Positions 28,455-39,045 of a DNA stretch of 64,000 nt are shown piece after piece. The position numbers and the translations under genes are program-made. The DNA lies in the NCBI GenBank assembly GCA_937894705.1, contig CALAXP010000025.1:14962-78961 (forward strand). Direction: 5' to 3'. The DNA is from an uncultured Lachnospiraceae bacterium. Its GTDB lineage: Bacteria > Bacillota > Clostridia > Lachnospirales > Lachnospiraceae. A model generated the notes under the pieces. That model saw nothing but the letters and a program-made list of their open reading frames with translations. It was not told the DNA's origin and ran no database searches. How positions within the stretch are numbered: the first letter of the stretch is position 1; every line of letters begins with the position of its first letter.

Positions 28455-30167
28455 ATGGCAAAAAACAAAGTTAAAGTCGAATATGATGTAGATATGGAAA
28501 AAGAGCGCAGGAAGAAACAGCAGAAAAATGGAAAAACAGGATTTGCTATCCGCAGATCAAACATTCTTCTGTATGTGTTGCTGGTCGTTGTGGAAGCATT
28601 GTTTTATTATTTTCTCACACCGGCAATCAATATACATACCTCTGGATTCTGGACATGGGTGATACTTACGCTTGCGGCAATCGGATTCTGTTCCTTTGAT
28701 TTCAATGGAACACGCATTACCAAAAAAGGTAATATCAAAGAAACCGTTGGTTCGACAAAGGTGGTAATGGTTTCATTTACAGCAATCCTTGTGCTGATTG
28801 TAGGATTGATCATTGGCGGGCTGGCATCTTCCAAATTGTTCCGTGCATCGAAATATGCAGGAATTATCAAGGTTGAGGATGGTGATTTTGCAACGGATGT
28901 ACCGGAAAGTGAAAATATCAATAACATTGCACTGATGGATACGGATAGTGCGAGAATCATCGGTGATCGTGCGATTGGTTCCCTGTCTGACGTTGTCAGC
29001 CAGTATCAGGTGAGCGAGACATACAGCACCATTGATTATAACGGTGTGCCGATGAAGGTCGCACCGCTTGAATATGCGGGATTTATCAAATATCTGAATA
29101 ATAAAGATGCCGGAATTCCGGGATACGTGCTCGTTGATCCGGTCAAAAATGAAGCAGATTATGTGAAGCTTGAAAAGCCGATTCAGTATTCTCCTTCTGC
29201 ATGTTTTGGCAAGAATCTGCAGCGGCATGTACAGCTTTCGTATCCGACATCTGATTTCAACGGATATTATTTTGAGCTGGATAACGAAGGAAATCCATAT
29301 TATATCTGTCCGGTATTAAAACCAAATGCAGGCTTATTTGGAGCGAAGGATGTGAAGGGAATCGTGCTTTGTGATCCATGCAGCGGTGATTGTGAATATA
29401 TGGATCTGGGTGATATTCCAAATTGGGTAGATCGTGTGTATGATGGTGATCTTTTATGTAACAGGTACAACTGGTATGGTATGCTGTCAGGAGGATTTAT
29501 AAATAGCAAGATTGGCAACAAAGGCTGTAAGGTTACGACCGACGATTATGGTTACAAGGTGATGGATGGCGATGTGTGGGTATACACAGGTGTGACATCT
29601 GTCAATGGGGACCAGTCTAATATCGGATTCGTATTGATGAATTCAAGAACTGCGGAGAGTAAGTATTTTGCAATCGCAGGTGCAGAAGAACATTCTGCGA
29701 TGTCCTCTGCGGAAGGACAAGTACAGAACCTTGGATATACGGCATCGTTCCCATCTCTGATCAACATCGCAAATGTACCAACTTATATCATGGTACTCAA
29801 AGATAATGCGGGACTCGTGAAGATGTATGCACTTGTCAATGTGGAGAAGTACAGCATTGTGGCAACCGGTGCGACACAGAAGGAAGCACTTGCAAGTTAC
29901 CGGGAGCTGCTTGCCGAAAACAGCATTGCGACAAGTGGAAAGGATGTCAGCGAAGATACGTTGAGTAAGAAGATTACAGTCACACAGATCCGGTACATCA
30001 CGGTAGAAAATGAGACATATGTGTATATCACAGCGAAAGATCGTTCTGTCTACAAACAGAATTTTGCTGATAATGAAAGCCTGATCAAGATTGAGGAAGG
30101 TGATGTAATCACGGTTCACTATATGGAAGGTGAAGATGGTGTGAATACACTTCTCTCTTATGAATAG
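28455..30167 (+). CDS. Conserved membrane-anchored protein (three N-terminal TMs, large extracellular region), function unknown
   Basis: 570-aa ORF starting 1 nt after the fumarase beta stop. Confidence 0.75.
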   Translation: MAKNKVKVEYDVDMEKERRKKQQKNGKTGFAIRRSNILLYVLLVVVEALFYYFLTPAINIHTSGFWTWVILTLAAIGFCSFDFNGTRITKKGNIKETVGSTKVVMVSFTAILVLIVGLIIGGLASSKLFRASKYAGIIKVEDGDFATDVPESENINNIALMDTDSARIIGDRAIGSLSDVVSQYQVSETYSTIDYNGVPMKVAPLEYAGFIKYLNNKDAGIPGYVLVDPVKNEADYVKLEKPIQYSPSACFGKNLQRHVQLSYPTSDFNGYYFELDNEGNPYYICPVLKPNAGLFGAKDVKGIVLCDPCSGDCEYMDLGDIPNWVDRVYDGDLLCNRYNWYGMLSGGFINSKIGNKGCKVTTDDYGYKVMDGDVWVYTGVTSVNGDQSNIGFVLMNSRTAESKYFAIAGAEEHSAMSSAEGQVQNLGYTASFPSLINIANVPTYIMVLKDNAGLVKMYALVNVEKYSIVATGATQKEALASYRELLAENSIATSGKDVSEDTLSKKITVTQIRYITVENETYVYITAKDRSVYKQNFADNESLIKIEEGDVITVHYMEGEDGVNTLLSYE

Positions 30168-30423
30168 TTATACTTCGAAGTGGAAAAATTCATTTCTCTT
30201 TGATTAGATAAAAAGCAAATACTATATCGAAGTGAACCCCCCTTTTTTTAGATAAAACAAGTCTAATGAAAGGGGGTTTTTCTATGTCTGACTATAATTT
30301 CCATAAAGACAATGCCATGTCGGAAATTATGAAAATTCATAAAAGAATTTAATATATAATTATGAAAGAACATTATGACATTGATGATATTGTGATAAAA
30401 AATAAGGAAGGCAGGGAGTGTAT

Positions 30424-33400
30424 ATGAAGAAAATGAAGACAAGAATACTGGCACTAACGTTAGCAATCAGTATGATCTTTTCACTTGTATTAGGGGAAAA
30501 TGTAAAAGCGGAGGGTGTTTCGGAAAATGAAAATAAAACAACGGAAGCTGTGACAGATGTTCCTGCAGATGAGGACGATACAGCCGAAACTGTGACAAAT
30601 GTTTCTGTAGATGAGAATGATACAACGGAAGCTGCGGCGGAGACAACAGAGAATGAAACAGAAGAAGCAGATGTTACGGATAGCAGCATGTGTGTGATGT
30701 CCTCAAATGACAGCACTTTCGAAGTCACAGGGGGTATGATCACATATCAGATATTGGAGAACAATACGATTGCCATTACCGGATGTGACGATACGGTTAC
30801 GGAAGCGATAATTCCGGGTAGTATTGAAGATAAGGCGGTAACAACCATCAACGAGTATGCTTTTTCTAAAAAAACATCCCTTACATCCGTGGTGCTTCCT
30901 GCAAATTTGACAAATATTGGGGAGCGTGCATTCAGTGGCTGTACCAGTCTTGCATCTGTGGATTTTTCAGCATGTACAAAAAATACATTGGATATTGCTG
31001 CCTATGCATTTTATGGTGATAAAGCACTGATACAGGTAATATTTCCATCCCGTCTGACAAGTATTGGGGATGGGGCTTTTTCTGGCTGCACCAGCCTTAC
31101 ATCTGTGAATTTTTCAGCATGTGAGGAAACCTTGAACATTGGAGGAAACGCATTTAGCTATACAGTAATTACCTCTGTGGTATTTCCAAAGGGATTGAAA
31201 AGCGTTGGAAAATGGGCATTTGATAGTTGTGAAGATCTGAAAACGGTGGATTTTTCAGCGTGTAAGGAGCTTGTTTCAGTAGAAGAAAATGCATTTTCCA
31301 ATTGTGGGCTTACAGAGGTCAATCTTTCTGCCTGCAGTAAGCTTACAAGTATTGGAAAATATGCGTTCTACAAAAATCAGGCGCTTACAAAGGTGGTGTT
31401 TCCAACATCACTTTCTACACTTGGGGAAAGTGCCTTTTACCAGTGTTCAGCGCTGAAAAGCGCAGATATATCCGATACAGCCCTTACGATAATCGGAGAA
31501 GGGGTGTTCCAGGAGACGGGACTTACCGAAATAACGCTTCCGGATGGAGTGGAAACGGTAGAACAAAATGCATTTGCAGAATGTACAAGTTTATCTTCTA
31601 TTGTTTTTGGAAATAATCTGAAAAGCATTGGATGGCAGGCGTTTTGCGAAACAGCAATTACACAGCTTCATCTGCCGGACAGCCTGACGACAATAGACCA
31701 CGACGCATTTTCAAATTGCAAATCATTGACCAGCATTGAATGGCCAAATAATTCGGAATTTACAACGGTTACAGGTTTTGATGGGTGTACGGCTTTGCCG
31801 GTTTCGGAACTGAACGAGGTATTAAATCTTGACTCTGTTATAGAGATTGGGGATGATGCGTTTAGCAACTGCTCGTTTGATTCTGTTGTAATTCCTTCAT
31901 CTATTAAAAAAATTGGGGAAGATGCATTTTATGATACAGGTATGACTTCTCTCACATTGAGTCCGGGCGTGGAGATTATTGGCGCACATGCATTTGCGTA
32001 TTGTGAGGGCCTGGCAGGAACAAAGGTGGTTGTACCGGAAACGGTAAATGAAATATATGGAGGCGCATTTAAATATTGTTTTAAGGAACAGGTTGGGGAG
32101 ACAGGAAGTACATATACTGCAATTATCGTGGAATTCCCTAACCGGGATTTTAAGCTGATGCCTTATGGCACATCAGGCGGATCTGCCAGTACGGAAATGG
32201 TAACAATAGATGGTGTAAATTATGAGGATCCATTTGCGGAAAGGGCGGTAATCAGGGCATATCAGACAGATTCAGAGGGAAATCCGTCTATGCTGAAACA
32301 ATTTTACGAGGCACAGCAGAAAGAACTTTATGCATACAGATATACCTTTGAGGCTCTGGATGAGACAAAGCAGATGTATACGGTGTCCGGTACAATTCCT
32401 ACCGGTGCAGAGGTAGAAGTATTTCAGAACAATCAGAAGCTTACGGTTACGTTCACCGGTAATCGGTTTTCAGTAAAAGCTGACGCAGGAACGAAGGTGA
32501 CGGCGGAAGTTATGCTGGATGGTTACTATAATAAGCATTTTATCCAGATGTCGCTCGATGAAGATTGGAATCTGGGAGAAATCATTTTTGCCGATAAGGA
32601 CAAGCTACCGGTCAATAATTTGATGAAAGTGGATTTTGGAACCGCAGCGGTCAGCAGTTTTCGAAATCTGGAGATCAGCTTAAAAGCGGATGAGAGGATA
32701 TTAAAAGAAGGTACAGATTATGTTCTTCAGTATCCAAATGTGGTTCTGAAGGAAACTGTTACGGAAAACAATCTGACACTGACTGTGAATGCGGATGAAA
32801 TTGGATATGCCGGGGGAAGCGTGACAGCCAGCCGGGAGGAAGGAATTTTCAAACTTCCATTGAAGGCATGGGGAAAACTGAAGATTACAACAGACAGCAG
32901 CTTTGCAGGGGATAACTATATTCTTGTGTTTAATGAGAACGGAAGTCTGGAGGGTAAAAGTAAAATAGCATCAGATGGACTTTACCTGACAGAAGGACTA
33001 AAAGCAGGAACGTATACCATTATCGCTTATAATGTCAATGATAGCTTTTCTGCAGTGACGTCGATGGATGTGCTGGAAGGCATGGGATTGACAGAAGGAA
33101 AGGACTATGCAAAGGTGACGGCAGAGGTTTCCGATGGGAAGACCAAGCAGGTAGAAGTAAAGGTTCCTTTGCTGAAAAATAATGTATCCGGACTTTTAGA
33201 CAAAGAAAAATGCTCAATTGTATCCAAAGCTAATTATGTAATTAAGAAACAGACTTTTAATGTAAGCGTGTATTATGGCTTTGCAGAAGGAAAAAGTGGA
33301 AAAATCTCTCTTTTGTTGCCGGAGAATATGAGCCTGAGATATATCTGTACAGAAACGGAAAGCCTGAAGGATTCAGATTATACGGTATCAGAGAAAGAGA

Positions 33401-36400
33401 ATACTATTACGATAAACAAGACCCTGCAGGAGGGTATGCTATATCTTGGACTTTCCTGTGAAAAGACGGGCGTATACAGTCTTTCGGCAGTTGCGGCGGC
33501 AGACGGAATAACGGCACCAATCGGGAGTAAGACATTGACAGTCCACGATTATGAGATCCGTCCGGCAGCGGGAGACTTATACTCTCTGACTGGGAATAAG
33601 GTGACTGTTTATGCAGCACCATACAGCAGTGTTACACTTTTGCTGGATGGAAAGCAGGTGGGAACAGGATATACAAATGGACTTGGAAATGTGACCTTTA
33701 CCTATAATCTCCCGGCAGATACGCTGCAAGGGCAGACATTTCTGTTAACAGCTGAGGTAGGTGGAGGACAGGTTTCCACAGAGGTTACTTTTGCAAGAAC
33801 AATCTCTTCATTAGACTCTTGGTCTTTCTATCAGACAAACCGTCTGGGCAGAAGTTTTAATGGGGGATATCTGTACTCGACGTCGCAATACTTTACCCCT
33901 CCATCATTTTATTGGTATTCATTCAATGAGGAGGCGGATAATGACTGGACAATATGTGCTGAATTTATAGGCGGCATTGCGCCGGAAAATGTAATCACGT
34001 ATATGAAGACACTGGATGGAACAGTACATACGGTTCCGATGCAGCTTTTAAAAACAGAACAACTCACGGAAGGAAAGGGCTATCGGTTTACCTTTGCCGG
34101 AGAGGTTACATTGCCGTCAAATGGAACGCAGGTTGTGACGGAGGCGCAGCTTCCGGAAGAATTTTCGATTGACTGGGTAGATCAGGGTCAAACGTTTACT
34201 TATGATGCGGATACGGTAGAAAAGAGCCAGAAAAAGGCGGCGGAGATTACGGCTCAGAGAAAGCAGGAGAGTGAAGAAATCGCAACATCCCTTACAGAAA
34301 TCAGAAATCAGTATATGCAGGAATATGCGCAGACGAACGGTCTGACCTATACAGAGAATCCTGATTTCGATGCATCCGAATATATTTTTGGAGCGAAATA
34401 TCGCGTGTCAGAGACGATGCCGGAGTGGTTCGAAAAACAAACGCCGGAGGTTCAGGCAGCGTTTTACAATGCAGAGAAAGCAATTGATGAAGCGATGGAA
34501 AGTTTTTCTGAGATGATGGGGCTGAAGAAGAATATCACGGAATACCAGTCGTGGGAGGAAGTCTATGCGGATATGGGCATTACGATGAAGGAGAATACCC
34601 GCACGGCAGAAGAACTTCGGGCGGATGGCTTTGAGGTGTGCGTAAATGCAGACGGGACATTTACCGCATTTAAAGATCATGCGAAAGAGTCGGAGGAAAC
34701 TCAGTCTGCAGGACGTATGAAAATGGCTCTGGCGCGTGAGGGCGGCGTAAGTGGTATCACCGGAGGCTACACATTTATTGACGCTAGCGGAAATGAGATT
34801 GATTATAACGGAGAAGCTGCCGCTAATTTTGATCAGGGAGCCCGGAATGCATTTATCGGCGTTTCTGGAAATGCCCTGGATGCATTAGATCAAGTGATGC
34901 ATCTGCCGGGAGTAACGGACAGCCAGCTTGCATTGAATGCAACTACGGGATTGGCTACCGCCGGTAGTCTGATAGGTGCGGCGACAGGTATCGAGGGCGC
35001 AATGCAGGATTCGGAAGCCTATGTGGATTATACGGTTCGCGAAGCGGATATGCAGGGATACATTGACGAATTGAAAATGTTTGAGGAGCGCTACAAGGAT
35101 AAACCTCTCTGTTCCAATGCAATTATGAGAGAACGCTATGTGGCAATGGATCTTCGACTGTATATGGGGCTGGAAAAGGATCGTTATTGTGCCAATTCCG
35201 TGGTTGGATCACTCTTTACGATTGCCGGCGCTATGGATAAGACAGTGACAACCACTGCCTTAAGTACGATGTGGGATTTTGGATCCAACTATACGGGCGT
35301 CCGGCGCGCTGCAGAGGTTACGAGGCTTTCTGCTGAACTTGACAGGTTGACGAGGGAACGTAAACAGAAATGTGATGATACGGATATGGAAAAAATTATG
35401 AAGAAAACTCATAAGGTACAGCCAATTATGGATCCGTCAGGTTTTGTTTATGAAGCAGTAGAATCAAACACCCTTTCCGACGTGAAGGCGACCGTTTATT
35501 ATGCAGAGGATTCCAGCGGAACAAATGCGCAGGTTTGGAACGCAGAAGATTATGAGCAGATCAATCCGCAGATAACCGACGACAGCGGAGTATTTGCATG
35601 GGATGTGCCAACGGGCTGGTGGCAGGTTCGCTTTGAAAAGGATGGGTATGAAAATGCACAGACCGAGTGGATGAGAGTTCCACCACCGAAGATGGGATTG
35701 AAAATTGCAATGACATCAGAGAAAACACCGGAGGTTGTATCAGCCAACGCATATACGGATTATATTGAGGTTGTATTCAGTCAGTATATGGATACAACAG
35801 AAAATCCTGTGCTGCCGGAAGGCATGACCGGAGAATGGCAGATGGTAGAAAATGGCTATTCAAAGGTTCTGCATATTACAAAAGATGGTGGTTTCAGGAA
35901 GGATGATATTGTGTCCTTTACACTGAAAGGAGTCAAAAATTATGCAGGGAAAACACTTGCCGATTACAGCAGTGGAGATTTGACTGTATCTGTACGCCCG
36001 GCTGAAATCATTCTGAATTATGAGAATATAATTCCTGCGAAAGCAGGAGAAGAGGCAACGTTTACAGTACGAGTCAAGGATAGTGAAGGTAACTATGTAG
36101 AAAATGTGACGGTCGAAGCCCTGATTGGAAGCACACAGATTGCATCCTTTGCAGAGAACAAAGCGAATGCAGAAGCTGTCACTGATGCAGAGGGAAAAAC
36201 GAAATTCCAGATCAGTACAAACTTGCCGGGATATACGAATATGACATTCCGGGTAAAGGGTACAACGCTTGAAAAAGTAATGAAGCTGCATGTGTCGATG
36301 GAGGAAAATCGTCCGAAACGTCCGACAGCACAGATTGGTGAGACACTGTTTGACGAGAATTCTCCGAAAAATAATTATATTACAGTCAGTGAGGGAGAGA

Positions 36401-37062
36401 TGCTGACACTGACGGCAGAGGAGGGTGTGACAATCTATTATACGACGGATGACACCTGTCCGTGCCAAAATAGCGCAAGCCGCAAAATTTATACCAAACC
36501 AATTAAGATCATGAAGAATACCAAGTACCGCATTGCTGCTTATAAGGATGGCATGGACTACAGTGAAAGACTGAATGTTACGGTTACAGTAGATGCTGCG
36601 CATGTGCATGATTATGGAACAGAATGGAAATCAGATTCCGAAAGTCACTGGCATGAATGTATTTGCGGTGCACAGGCGAACAAAGCTGCACATGATATGG
36701 AAGTTAAAAATGCAAAAGCTGCAACAGAGACAGAGACAGGATACACGGGCGATCAGGTTTGTAAGGTTTGTGGCTATATGATAAGCGGAAAGGTGATTCC
36801 GGTAAAAGAAACAACAAAACCAGATGATTCGAAACCAGCTGATACAACAGAAAATCCGAAACCAGCTGATGTACAGGATAATGAAGAAACTTCAGAAACG
36901 TCAGGTGATGAAAAAACAGATTCTAAAGAAAATGCTTTAAGTCCGGAAACAGGAGATCAGGAAAACTTATCACTTTGGTTTGCTCTAATTGTTATATCTT
37001 GTTTTGGGGTGGCAACATGTATAATGTATGAAAAAAAACATAGAAGAAACTTTTTCCCTTGA
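30424..37062 (+). CDS. Large cell-surface BspA-like leucine-rich-repeat protein, probably sortase-anchored
   Basis: Signal peptide; many IGxxAFxxCxxL repeats; DPSGFVYEAV carboxypeptidase-regulatory-like domain; IYYTTD Fn3-like domain; SPETG + TM + basic tail. Confidence 0.88.
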   Translation: MKKMKTRILALTLAISMIFSLVLGENVKAEGVSENENKTTEAVTDVPADEDDTAETVTNVSVDENDTTEAAAETTENETEEADVTDSSMCVMSSNDSTFEVTGGMITYQILENNTIAITGCDDTVTEAIIPGSIEDKAVTTINEYAFSKKTSLTSVVLPANLTNIGERAFSGCTSLASVDFSACTKNTLDIAAYAFYGDKALIQVIFPSRLTSIGDGAFSGCTSLTSVNFSACEETLNIGGNAFSYTVITSVVFPKGLKSVGKWAFDSCEDLKTVDFSACKELVSVEENAFSNCGLTEVNLSACSKLTSIGKYAFYKNQALTKVVFPTSLSTLGESAFYQCSALKSADISDTALTIIGEGVFQETGLTEITLPDGVETVEQNAFAECTSLSSIVFGNNLKSIGWQAFCETAITQLHLPDSLTTIDHDAFSNCKSLTSIEWPNNSEFTTVTGFDGCTALPVSELNEVLNLDSVIEIGDDAFSNCSFDSVVIPSSIKKIGEDAFYDTGMTSLTLSPGVEIIGAHAFAYCEGLAGTKVVVPETVNEIYGGAFKYCFKEQVGETGSTYTAIIVEFPNRDFKLMPYGTSGGSASTEMVTIDGVNYEDPFAERAVIRAYQTDSEGNPSMLKQFYEAQQKELYAYRYTFEALDETKQMYTVSGTIPTGAEVEVFQNNQKLTVTFTGNRFSVKADAGTKVTAEVMLDGYYNKHFIQMSLDEDWNLGEIIFADKDKLPVNNLMKVDFGTAAVSSFRNLEISLKADERILKEGTDYVLQYPNVVLKETVTENNLTLTVNADEIGYAGGSVTASREEGIFKLPLKAWGKLKITTDSSFAGDNYILVFNENGSLEGKSKIASDGLYLTEGLKAGTYTIIAYNVNDSFSAVTSMDVLEGMGLTEGKDYAKVTAEVSDGKTKQVEVKVPLLKNNVSGLLDKEKCSIVSKANYVIKKQTFNVSVYYGFAEGKSGKISLLLPENMSLRYICTETESLKDSDYTVSEKENTITINKTLQEGMLYLGLSCEKTGVYSLSAVAAADGITAPIGSKTLTVHDYEIRPAAGDLYSLTGNKVTVYAAPYSSVTLLLDGKQVGTGYTNGLGNVTFTYNLPADTLQGQTFLLTAEVGGGQVSTEVTFARTISSLDSWSFYQTNRLGRSFNGGYLYSTSQYFTPPSFYWYSFNEEADNDWTICAEFIGGIAPENVITYMKTLDGTVHTVPMQLLKTEQLTEGKGYRFTFAGEVTLPSNGTQVVTEAQLPEEFSIDWVDQGQTFTYDADTVEKSQKKAAEITAQRKQESEEIATSLTEIRNQYMQEYAQTNGLTYTENPDFDASEYIFGAKYRVSETMPEWFEKQTPEVQAAFYNAEKAIDEAMESFSEMMGLKKNITEYQSWEEVYADMGITMKENTRTAEELRADGFEVCVNADGTFTAFKDHAKESEETQSAGRMKMALAREGGVSGITGGYTFIDASGNEIDYNGEAAANFDQGARNAFIGVSGNALDALDQVMHLPGVTDSQLALNATTGLATAGSLIGAATGIEGAMQDSEAYVDYTVREADMQGYIDELKMFEERYKDKPLCSNAIMRERYVAMDLRLYMGLEKDRYCANSVVGSLFTIAGAMDKTVTTTALSTMWDFGSNYTGVRRAAEVTRLSAELDRLTRERKQKCDDTDMEKIMKKTHKVQPIMDPSGFVYEAVESNTLSDVKATVYYAEDSSGTNAQVWNAEDYEQINPQITDDSGVFAWDVPTGWWQVRFEKDGYENAQTEWMRVPPPKMGLKIAMTSEKTPEVVSANAYTDYIEVVFSQYMDTTENPVLPEGMTGEWQMVENGYSKVLHITKDGGFRKDDIVSFTLKGVKNYAGKTLADYSSGDLTVSVRPAEIILNYENIIPAKAGEEATFTVRVKDSEGNYVENVTVEALIGSTQIASFAENKANAEAVTDAEGKTKFQISTNLPGYTNMTFRVKGTTLEKVMKLHVSMEENRPKRPTAQIGETLFDENSPKNNYITVSEGEMLTLTAEEGVTIYYTTDDTCPCQNSASRKIYTKPIKIMKNTKYRIAAYKDGMDYSERLNVTVTVDAAHVHDYGTEWKSDSESHWHECICGAQANKAAHDMEVKNAKAATETETGYTGDQVCKVCGYMISGKVIPVKETTKPDDSKPADTTENPKPADVQDNEETSETSGDEKTDSKENALSPETGDQENLSLWFALIVISCFGVATCIMYEKKHRRNFFP

Positions 37063-37087
37063 CATTTGGCATAATATTTGTTATTCT
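37059..37087 (+). promoter_or_regulatory. sigma-A promoter of tRNA-Ser
   Basis: TTGACA-17-TATTCT with extended TG; the -35 overlaps the LRR gene stop. Confidence 0.65.
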
Positions 37088-37149
37088 ATTTAAGCGTGTT
37101 GACGCGGAACTAAATAACACCAATTGGTAAAATGTGTTTTTTAGGCATT

Positions 37150-37237
37150 GGAGATGTACTCAAGTGGCTGAAGAGGCGCCCCTGCTAAGGGTGTAGGTCG
37201 TTCGCGCGGCGCGAGGGTTCAAATCCCTCCATCTCCG
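37150..37237 (+). tRNA. tRNA-Ser(GCT)
   Basis: GGAGATG/CATCTCC acceptor stem, CT-GCT-AA loop, long variable arm, GGTTCAAATCC. Confidence 0.95.
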
Positions 37238-37272
37238 TTTGTAGATTGCGGATGAAATATTAAAAATAAGTC

Positions 37273-37301
37273 TTGACTTGATTGGAAATATTTCATATAA
37301 T
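37273..37301 (+). promoter_or_regulatory. sigma-A promoter of tRNA-Asn/Cys
   Basis: TTGACT-17-TATAAT. Confidence 0.7.
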
Positions 37302-37366
37302 CTACTTTGCGTTTAGATAGAAATTGATAAATGCTCTATCATCGTTCCTTCGGAATGACGATATTT

Positions 37367-37438
37367 TCCTCGATAGCTCAATGGTAGAGCACTCGGCTGT
37401 TAACCGAGTTGTTGTAGGTTCGAGCCCTACTCGGGGAG
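37367..37438 (+). tRNA. tRNA-Asn(GTT)
   Basis: TCCTCGA/TCGGGGA acceptor stem, CT-GTT-AA loop, GGTTCGAGCCC. Confidence 0.95.
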
Positions 37439-37519
37439 TTTGTGAGATATTGTAAGCACTGTGTGCTTACTAATCATAAGGAATCTCCCCACTGCGTGGG
37501 TCCCCCCTTTATGATATGT

Positions 37520-37590
37520 GGCGTGATAGCCAAGTGGTAAGGCAGAGGTCTGCAACACCTTCACCGCCGGTTCAAATCCGGCTCGCGCCT
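37520..37590 (+). tRNA. tRNA-Cys(GCA)
   Basis: GGCGTGA/TCGCGCC acceptor stem, CT-GCA-AC loop, GGTTCAAATCC, U discriminator. Confidence 0.95.
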
Positions 37591-37594
37591 CTCT

Positions 37595-37630
37595 AAAATC
37601 CTTGATACAAGATGTATCAGGGATTTTTTT
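37595..37630 (+). terminator. Terminator of the tRNA cluster
   Basis: AAAATCCTTGATACA/TGTATCAGGGATTTT plus T run. Confidence 0.85.
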
Positions 37631-37743
37631 ATTTGTGAAATCTCTGTGAAAGCCATTGACGGAGTCTGCCCGCGTGTTAAAATACTTGACAATTCGAGAA
37701 GGTGAAGAATAATGAATATCAGGATTGGATATAGTTATGGAGG

Positions 37744-38145
37744 ATGCTTATGAGGCAGAAATTGATGGATTTTATGCGTGGTAGAAATGGAACGGATCAG
37801 CTTTCCATGTGTATGATGTGGGTGGCTTGTTTTTTAGTTTTTATAGATGTGTTTGTAAGAAGTAATATACTCAGCACGATTGCATTTGTGACCTTTATAT
37901 TTGCATATTTCCGTGTATTCTCCAGAAATATTGGAAAACGTCGGGACGAGAATACATGGTTCCTGAATAAGACGTATAAACTACGCATGTGGGGACGGAA
38001 AGAGAAAAGCCACATGACGATGCGCAAGACGCATCATATCTACCGTTGCCCAAAGTGTAAGCAGAAGATCCGTGTTCCACGCGGAAAAGGAAAGATCGAG
38101 ATACGATGTCCAAAATGCAGCGCACGGTTTATAAAGAATAGTTAG
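37744..38145 (+). CDS. Conserved membrane protein with C-terminal zinc ribbon
   Basis: GRNGTDQLS, two TMs, CPKC...RVPRGKG...CPKC. Confidence 0.85.
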   Translation: MLMRQKLMDFMRGRNGTDQLSMCMMWVACFLVFIDVFVRSNILSTIAFVTFIFAYFRVFSRNIGKRRDENTWFLNKTYKLRMWGRKEKSHMTMRKTHHIYRCPKCKQKIRVPRGKGKIEIRCPKCSARFIKNS

Positions 38146-38174
38146 CAAGTGTAACAGGATTCGGAGGTAGGACG

Positions 38175-39044
38175 ATGTTTGGATATGTGACGGTGAACAA
38201 GCCGGAAATGAAAGTCAAAGATTACGAGCGGTATCGCATGTATTATTGTGGTGTCTGTCATGCACTCCGAAATACGGATGGTGCGATGGGACAGATGTCA
38301 CTTACGTATGATTCGACGTTCGCCGCGGTTCTTCTGACCGCTTTGTATGAACCGGATACGCAGATGAAGGAAGCGACATGCATGGTGCATCCGGTTGGAA
38401 AGAAAAAATATCTGGAGAATGAGATCATACAGTATATCGCGGATATGAACCTCATTCTGACCTATTACAAATGTCTCGATGACTGGGAGGATGACCGGAA
38501 ATTTACCAGACTTTGTTACAGCAGTTTTATACGGAAGCGTGTGCGCAAGATCGGGCAGGTCTATCCGGAGAAGCTGGCAAAGATCCGGGAGTCTCTGCGG
38601 ACATTATCCGCCTGTGAGCGAAAAGATGTCACAAACCTGGATTTGCTTGCCGGAACCTTTGGTGATATCATGGCAGAGATTCTTGCATATAAGTCGACAC
38701 GTGGGATTGACTGGTCAGAGGAGCTGCGGAGACTCGGTTACCAGCTTGGCAAATTTATCTATATTCTCGACGCATACGATGATGTGCAGGAGGATATTGA
38801 GAAGAACCGGTTCAATCCATTGAAGGAGTTATACCGTGAGCTGTCGAAAGAGCGGTTTGACAGTTACGTGAAGGAAATACTGATGATGATCGCCACCGAT
38901 ATGGCGAAAATCTATGAGTGCCTGCCAATTGTCGAAGAGACAGCCATCCTTAGAAATATCATCTATTCTGGAATCTGGGTAAGGTTTATGACGAAACAAA
39001 ATGACACAGAAAACGGTAAACAATGGGAGAAAGAAAGGAATTAG
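38175..39044 (+). CDS. DUF5685-family protein
   Basis: [36 protein letters not shown]. Confidence 0.8.
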   Translation: MFGYVTVNKPEMKVKDYERYRMYYCGVCHALRNTDGAMGQMSLTYDSTFAAVLLTALYEPDTQMKEATCMVHPVGKKKYLENEIIQYIADMNLILTYYKCLDDWEDDRKFTRLCYSSFIRKRVRKIGQVYPEKLAKIRESLRTLSACERKDVTNLDLLAGTFGDIMAEILAYKSTRGIDWSEELRRLGYQLGKFIYILDAYDDVQEDIEKNRFNPLKELYRELSKERFDSYVKEILMMIATDMAKIYECLPIVEETAILRNIIYSGIWVRFMTKQNDTENGKQWEKERN

Positions 39045-39045
39045 T

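Noticed and set aside
37150..37590. tRNA cluster as an integration site for the LRR gene or neighbours
   Set aside because: I saw no duplicated tRNA 3' end and no nearby integrase.
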